From an uncultured Gammaproteobacteria bacterium (lineage in GTDB: Bacteria > Patescibacteriota > Patescibacteriia > UBA10025 > JAHIVO01), in the NCBI GenBank assembly GCA_964592105.1, contig CAZQBL010000025.1:58-64057 (forward strand): DNA of 64,000 bases, written 5' to 3'. Below, piece by piece: positions 59,887 through 64,000 of this stretch. The translations under genes and the position numbers were made by a program. The notes beneath the pieces are model-generated. The model made no database searches. It was not told the origin of the DNA and saw only the letters and a program-made list of their open reading frames with translations. How positions within the stretch are numbered: position 1 is the first letter of the stretch; each line of letters starts with the position of its first letter.

Positions 59887-62463
59887 CTAAAGCAGTTTCT
59901 TCAGTTTGGCGCGTTGTTCGGCCAGCCTGTTTTTTACTTTTTGGACAATTTGCGGCGGAGCGTTTTTCAGGAAGTTTTCGTTGGTCAGCTTGGCTTCGAG
60001 TTTTTGGATGTAGGAGGAAATTTCGAAGATTTCTTTTTGGGCTACCGCCTCATCTTTTTTATATGCGGGGAAAAAGCAGTCAACTCCGGCCAAGTGCATG
60101 TCTGGTTTGTTGTGCATGTCTCGATCAGCTTCAATTTCGTCGGAATTGCGCAAGAGGACCTTGGATAGTGTTCTAAAAATTTCTAAATGATTCCTTAACA
60201 GCTGTATGGTTTTTTTATTGCCTTTTAATACGACTGGCTCAATGAGGTTCGACGGAGTTTTGTGTTCCGATCGATAATTTCGGAAGGCAGTGTTGAATTC
60301 TTGTAATAATCTAAATTCTTTTTCGGCAGTTTTATTAACCAATTTTTTGTCCGTTTGCGGCCAGGGCTGGATCATCAACATTTTATTTTTGGCCGGGCCA
60401 TGCCAGACAGACCAGATCGTTTCTGTCACAAACGGTACAAACGGATGGGCCAATTTCAAGATCTGTTCCAGGATATAGTGCAGGACTGTCATGTTTTTCT
60501 CAACTTTGCTGATTTCCAGATACCAGTCAGCGAATTCATGCCAGAGAAAATCATAGAGCGTTGTACCGGCCTCGGAGAAATTGAAACGCTCAATTTCATT
60601 AGTGACCGAGGTGATGACTTCCTGCATGCGACTGACTATCCACTGGTCAGCCAATGATTTGAGGGTTAATTTTTTTGTTGGTTTCCTGTCTTGGGACAGG
60701 ATAAATCTGGCCACGTTCCAGAGTTTATTGATGAAATTGCGGTAGCCGGCAATTTTCTCCTCGTACAGGCGAAAATCCTGGCCCGGCTTCGTGCCCAGGA
60801 CAAGAGACAGGCGGATGGCGTCGGTGCCGTATTTCTCGGCCATAGGAATGGGGTCAACGCCCGTGCCTTTTGACTTGGACATCTTTTTGCCATCTTTATC
60901 CAAAACCAAGCCGTGCAGGTAGACAGTTTTGAACGGTATTTCTTTTTTGAAATACAAACTCATCATGATCATGCGCGTCACCCAGAAGAAAAGAATGTCC
61001 CAGCCGGTTTCCAGAACGGAAGTCGGATGGTAAAGTTTCAGGTCTTTGGTCTTTTGGGGCCAGCCCAAGGTGGAAAAAGTCCAGAGTCCGGAAGAAAACC
61101 AAGTGTCCAGTGTGTCTTGTTCCTGGGTGAATTTTTTATTCGCGCATTTTTTGCAAACTTTTGGTTTTTTGATGGCCGCAGTCGGCGTCTGGCAGGAGTC
61201 GCAGTACCAAATGGGCACCTGGTGGCCCCACCATAATTGTCGGGAAATGCACCAATCGTGGATGTTATTGAGCCAGTGGAAATACGTTTTTTCAAAACGC
61301 GCTGGGATTATTTTTATTTTGCCGGATTTAACCGCTTGCAGAGCTGGTTTGGCTAAAGGCGCGATTTTCATGAACCACTGCTGGGAAATTAAAGGTTCAA
61401 TAGGCGTGTTGCAGCGGTCACAGCGCGCTTGGTTGTGTTCATAATCAATTACTCTCTCTATAAGTTCGCCTTCTTCAAGTCGTTTTATTATCTCCAGTCG
61501 TGTTTCCTGGACGCTTTTTCCGTAAAATTCACCAGCTTCTTTGGTCAGGTGGTTGTCCTGGCCGATGACATTGATTATTGGCAGTTTATGTTTGGCGCCA
61601 ATTTCATAATCCAAAGGATCGTGGGCCGGGGTAACCTTGACCGCGCCAGTGCCGAAAGCCATATCCACTCGTGCATCAGCGATAATGGGTATCTCTCGTT
61701 CCAAAATGGGCAGGACAACTGTTTTGCCCATCAATTTTTTATAGCGTTTATCCTTGGGGTTAACGGCCACGGCGCTGTCCCCCAACATGGTTTCCGGTCT
61801 GGTGGTGGCCACGACAATATATTTTGTCGTACCATAAATCGGGTAGCGGATATACCAGAGTTTTGTGGTCGTGGCCACGTGTTTCACTTCCAGGTCCGAG
61901 AGCGCCGTAGAGCACCTGGGGCACCAATTAACGATGCGTAGGCCCCGGTAGATTAAGCCGTCGTTGAACATTTTTATGAAAGCAGTTTGCACGGCCTTGG
62001 TCAGGGTGGCATCCATGGTAAAGTGCTCTCTTGACCAGTCACAGGATGCTCCCAAGCTGCGGATTTGCTCGGTGATGCGGGAGCCGTATTGTTTTTTCCA
62101 GTCCCAGACCCGCTCGATGAATTGCTCGCGTCCGAGTTTATCGCGGTTTATACCCTCTTTGGCAATTAAGCGTTCTACCATAATTTGTGTGGAAATGCCG
62201 GCATGATCGGTTCCTGGCAGATAAAGGGTTCTGTCGCCTAACATCCGGTGGTACCGGGTCATAATGTCCTCAAGGGTGAGGCCGGTAGCGTGGCCAAGAT
62301 GCAGTTCGCCGGTGACATTGGGCGGCGGCATGGAGATGCTGAATGGCTTGGTCCGCTTGCCGGGCAGTTTATCAGGATTAAAAAATCCGGATCGTTCCCA
62401 CCGCTGGTAGATTTCTTTTTCAGTTGATTTTGGATTATAGGTTTTATCTAACATCGCCGCCAT
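59887..62463 (-). CDS. valS: Valine--tRNA ligase
   Basis: PPPNVTGELHLGHA, ATTRPET, WCISRQLWWGH, KMSKS. Confidence 0.97.
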   Translation of the reverse strand: MAAMLDKTYNPKSTEKEIYQRWERSGFFNPDKLPGKRTKPFSISMPPPNVTGELHLGHATGLTLEDIMTRYHRMLGDRTLYLPGTDHAGISTQIMVERLIAKEGINRDKLGREQFIERVWDWKKQYGSRITEQIRSLGASCDWSREHFTMDATLTKAVQTAFIKMFNDGLIYRGLRIVNWCPRCSTALSDLEVKHVATTTKLWYIRYPIYGTTKYIVVATTRPETMLGDSAVAVNPKDKRYKKLMGKTVVLPILEREIPIIADARVDMAFGTGAVKVTPAHDPLDYEIGAKHKLPIINVIGQDNHLTKEAGEFYGKSVQETRLEIIKRLEEGELIERVIDYEHNQARCDRCNTPIEPLISQQWFMKIAPLAKPALQAVKSGKIKIIPARFEKTYFHWLNNIHDWCISRQLWWGHQVPIWYCDSCQTPTAAIKKPKVCKKCANKKFTQEQDTLDTWFSSGLWTFSTLGWPQKTKDLKLYHPTSVLETGWDILFFWVTRMIMMSLYFKKEIPFKTVYLHGLVLDKDGKKMSKSKGTGVDPIPMAEKYGTDAIRLSLVLGTKPGQDFRLYEEKIAGYRNFINKLWNVARFILSQDRKPTKKLTLKSLADQWIVSRMQEVITSVTNEIERFNFSEAGTTLYDFLWHEFADWYLEISKVEKNMTVLHYILEQILKLAHPFVPFVTETIWSVWHGPAKNKMLMIQPWPQTDKKLVNKTAEKEFRLLQEFNTAFRNYRSEHKTPSNLIEPVVLKGNKKTIQLLRNHLEIFRTLSKVLLRNSDEIEADRDMHNKPDMHLAGVDCFFPAYKKDEAVAQKEIFEISSYIQKLEAKLTNENFLKNAPPQIVQKVKNRLAEQRAKLKKLL

Positions 62464-62493
62464 AACGCAGTCATTTTAACTAAAAGCGGCGGA

Positions 62494-63522
62494 TTAAACA
62501 AGCTCCCAGTTTGGGTCCGGCTCCAGTGTTTTCCAATCTGAAAAATGTTTGCGCTTGGCGTGGTAATAGCCGGCTATGGCGATCATGCTAGCGTTATCAG
62601 TGCAGAGTTCGAAGGGCGGAGTGGTGAAAGAGACTCCTTTCAGATAAGTCTTTACGCTACTTTCAAGTTGCTGGCGCAAAGGTAAATTTGCCGCCACCCC
62701 GCCGGCCAAAATAATACTTTTTATTTTAAGGTCTTGGGCGGCTTTTATGGTTTTTTCTACCAGGCAATCTACCATGGCCTGTTGGAAACTGGCGCAAATA
62801 TCGTAAATATCGTTTAGAGGCAGTTTTTTTGCGGCTATTTCTTTTTTTACGAAGTACAAAACGGCGGTTTTGAGGCCCGAAAAACTGAAGTCGTAATTTT
62901 TTTCTTTGAGCATCGGGCGCGGAAAATTAAACCTTGCCTGATTCCCCTTCTGGGCCAGTTTTTGGATCCTCGGACCGCCAGGATAGCCAATATTTAAAAG
63001 TTTGGCGACTTTGTCGAAGGCCTCGCCGGCCGCATCATCACGAGTCTGGCCGATAAGACGGTAGTTATCATGACCTTTCATCAAGATCAGTTGGGTGTGT
63101 CCGCCGGAAACGACTAGGCATAAGGCGGGAAATTTCAGGTTAGGATTTTTGTGCCAGCTGGCGTAAATATGCCCTTCAATGTGGTTTAAGCCGATAAGTT
63201 TTTTGTTCCAGGCATAGGCCAGTGTTTTGGCAGTTTGAACGCCGACCCGCAAAGCAGTAATTAGCCCGGGTCCGGCTGTAACGGCGATAGCTCCGATCAT
63301 GGCCGGTTTGACCGAAGCCAATTCCAAGGCCGCTTTAATAGTGGGGATGATATTGGTCACGTGTTGGCGGGCGGCTACTTCCGGTACCACCCCTCCATAC
63401 TTTTTCAGCGTGGTCATTTGTGAGGAAATCAGATGTGACAAAATAGTCAGGTGGTTTTTTTCCCCATTTAGTACGCTGGCGGCGGTGTCATCACACGATG
63501 TTTCTATGCCAAGAATTATCAT
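62494..63522 (-). CDS. tsaD: tRNA N6-adenosine threonylcarbamoyltransferase
   Basis: LGIETSCDDT, GGVVPEVAARQH, NHIEGH, VSGGHT, DDAAGEAFDK, TDNASMIA. Confidence 0.96.
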   Translation of the reverse strand: MIILGIETSCDDTAASVLNGEKNHLTILSHLISSQMTTLKKYGGVVPEVAARQHVTNIIPTIKAALELASVKPAMIGAIAVTAGPGLITALRVGVQTAKTLAYAWNKKLIGLNHIEGHIYASWHKNPNLKFPALCLVVSGGHTQLILMKGHDNYRLIGQTRDDAAGEAFDKVAKLLNIGYPGGPRIQKLAQKGNQARFNFPRPMLKEKNYDFSFSGLKTAVLYFVKKEIAAKKLPLNDIYDICASFQQAMVDCLVEKTIKAAQDLKIKSIILAGGVAANLPLRQQLESSVKTYLKGVSFTTPPFELCTDNASMIAIAGYYHAKRKHFSDWKTLEPDPNWELV

Positions 63523-63575
63523 AGTAGTTTAATGGTACTGGAATATTGTCTTTTTTTCAATTTCCAGATCATTTG

Positions 63576-63604
63576 TTGACTTTAGTTCATTTTTCAGCTA
63601 CGAT
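63576..63604 (+). promoter_or_regulatory. sigma70-like promoter upstream of the tRNA locus
   Basis: TTGACT-17 nt-TACGAT. Confidence 0.5.
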
Positions 63605-63618
63605 TTTGCTGTTATATG

Positions 63619-63722
63619 GACCTTATTTTTTAGCCTGGCCTAGGACGCCATACTTTCCCGAAAAATAAGTGGCCAAAGGCGACTATATTTTTCGTGGATC
63701 CCGCACAAAAAACAAGGCGTCT
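63619..63722 (+). pseudogene. Degenerate tRNA-Glu-like sequence
   Basis: tagcctggcctaggacgccatactttc closely matches the D-arm/anticodon of the downstream tRNA; a hairpin follows the anticodon; no T-loop. Confidence 0.5.
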
Positions 63723-63747
63723 GACCTAATTAGTATTCATCTCATGT

Positions 63748-63825
63748 GCCGCCATCGTCTAGCCTGGTCTAGGACACCACGCTTTCAATGTGGTAACTCG
63801 GGTTCGAATCCCGATGGCGGTACCA
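63748..63825 (+). tRNA. tRNA-Glu (anticodon TTC)
   Basis: GCCGCCA/TGGCGGT acceptor stem, CCACG-CTTTCAA-TGTGG anticodon arm, GGTTCGAATCC T-arm, encoded CCA. Confidence 0.95.
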
Positions 63826-63873
63826 ATCCTCATTCAAAAGGAATTTTTTTATTTTTACTTGATTTTTTATCTT

Positions 63874-64000
63874 TTACTTTAATCCCTTCTCAATTATTTT
63901 TAGAATATCCTCTCGGCGCCAGCGTCTATCGCGCCTTGAACCCAAACGAACGGCCTTTAGTCGGCCTTGATTATCCCAATCCCGAAGCGTGTCCGGGTGT
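63874..64000 (-). CDS. 3' end of a MerR-type/excisionase-like HTH protein (truncated by window)
   Basis: HPDTLRDWDNQGRLKAVRLGSRRDRRWRREDILKIIEKGLK*. Confidence 0.75.
   Translation of the reverse strand, partial: HPDTLRDWDNQGRLKAVRLGSRRDRRWRREDILKIIEKGLK

Noticed and set aside
59862-62206. Many antisense or alternate-frame ORFs over valS and other long genes (e.g. 18949..19524, 61429..61941)
   Set aside because: Shadow ORFs with no recognisable motifs, overlapping confident genes
1-64000. CRISPR array, rRNA, transposase, integrase, retron/DGR reverse transcriptase or known defence genes
   Set aside because: No regularly spaced repeats or diagnostic motifs seen by eye; the 43-bp tyrS repeat is exact, with no adenine-specific differences as in a DGR TR/VR pair

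Overview
Chromosomal window from a small-genome bacterium with a Patescibacteria (CPR)-like gene content (taxonomy is inference; genetic code 11). It spans the replication origin region (dnaN-oriC-dnaA / rpmH-rnpA-yidD-yidC), with an apparent C-rich to G/T-rich strand switch near 51.5 kb. From left to right: (1) 1-7.5 kb, a stress/housekeeping region with many decayed genes (cupin, panD, HAD nucleotidase, OmdA, msrA, HD, NUDIX); (2) galU, an orphan solute-binding protein and three TrbC/VirB2-type pilins, one with four 6-Cys repeats; (3) a ~15.5 kb block of eight GT-C-type membrane glycosyltransferases (three with an STT3/AglB-like C-terminal domain) with a polyprenyl-P-sugar synthase, a GtrA flippase and a flavin sugar-modifying enzyme; (4) an alpha-glucan/glycogen cluster (GH15, two GlgA, two GH57, a kinase, a GalT-like enzyme) with no GlgC/GlgB/GlgP in the window; (5) cytochrome b5, an ECF sigma/anti-sigma pair, tyrS, ROK kinase and PBP1A; (6) the oriC genes, tsaE, a DHH-like protein, PilB/GspE, a convergent pair of mutually similar unknown proteins, valS, tsaD, a decayed tRNA-like copy, tRNA-Glu and the end of a MerR/excisionase-like HTH gene. 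No CRISPR, rRNA or transposase was seen. All calls are by eye from motifs; no database searches were run.
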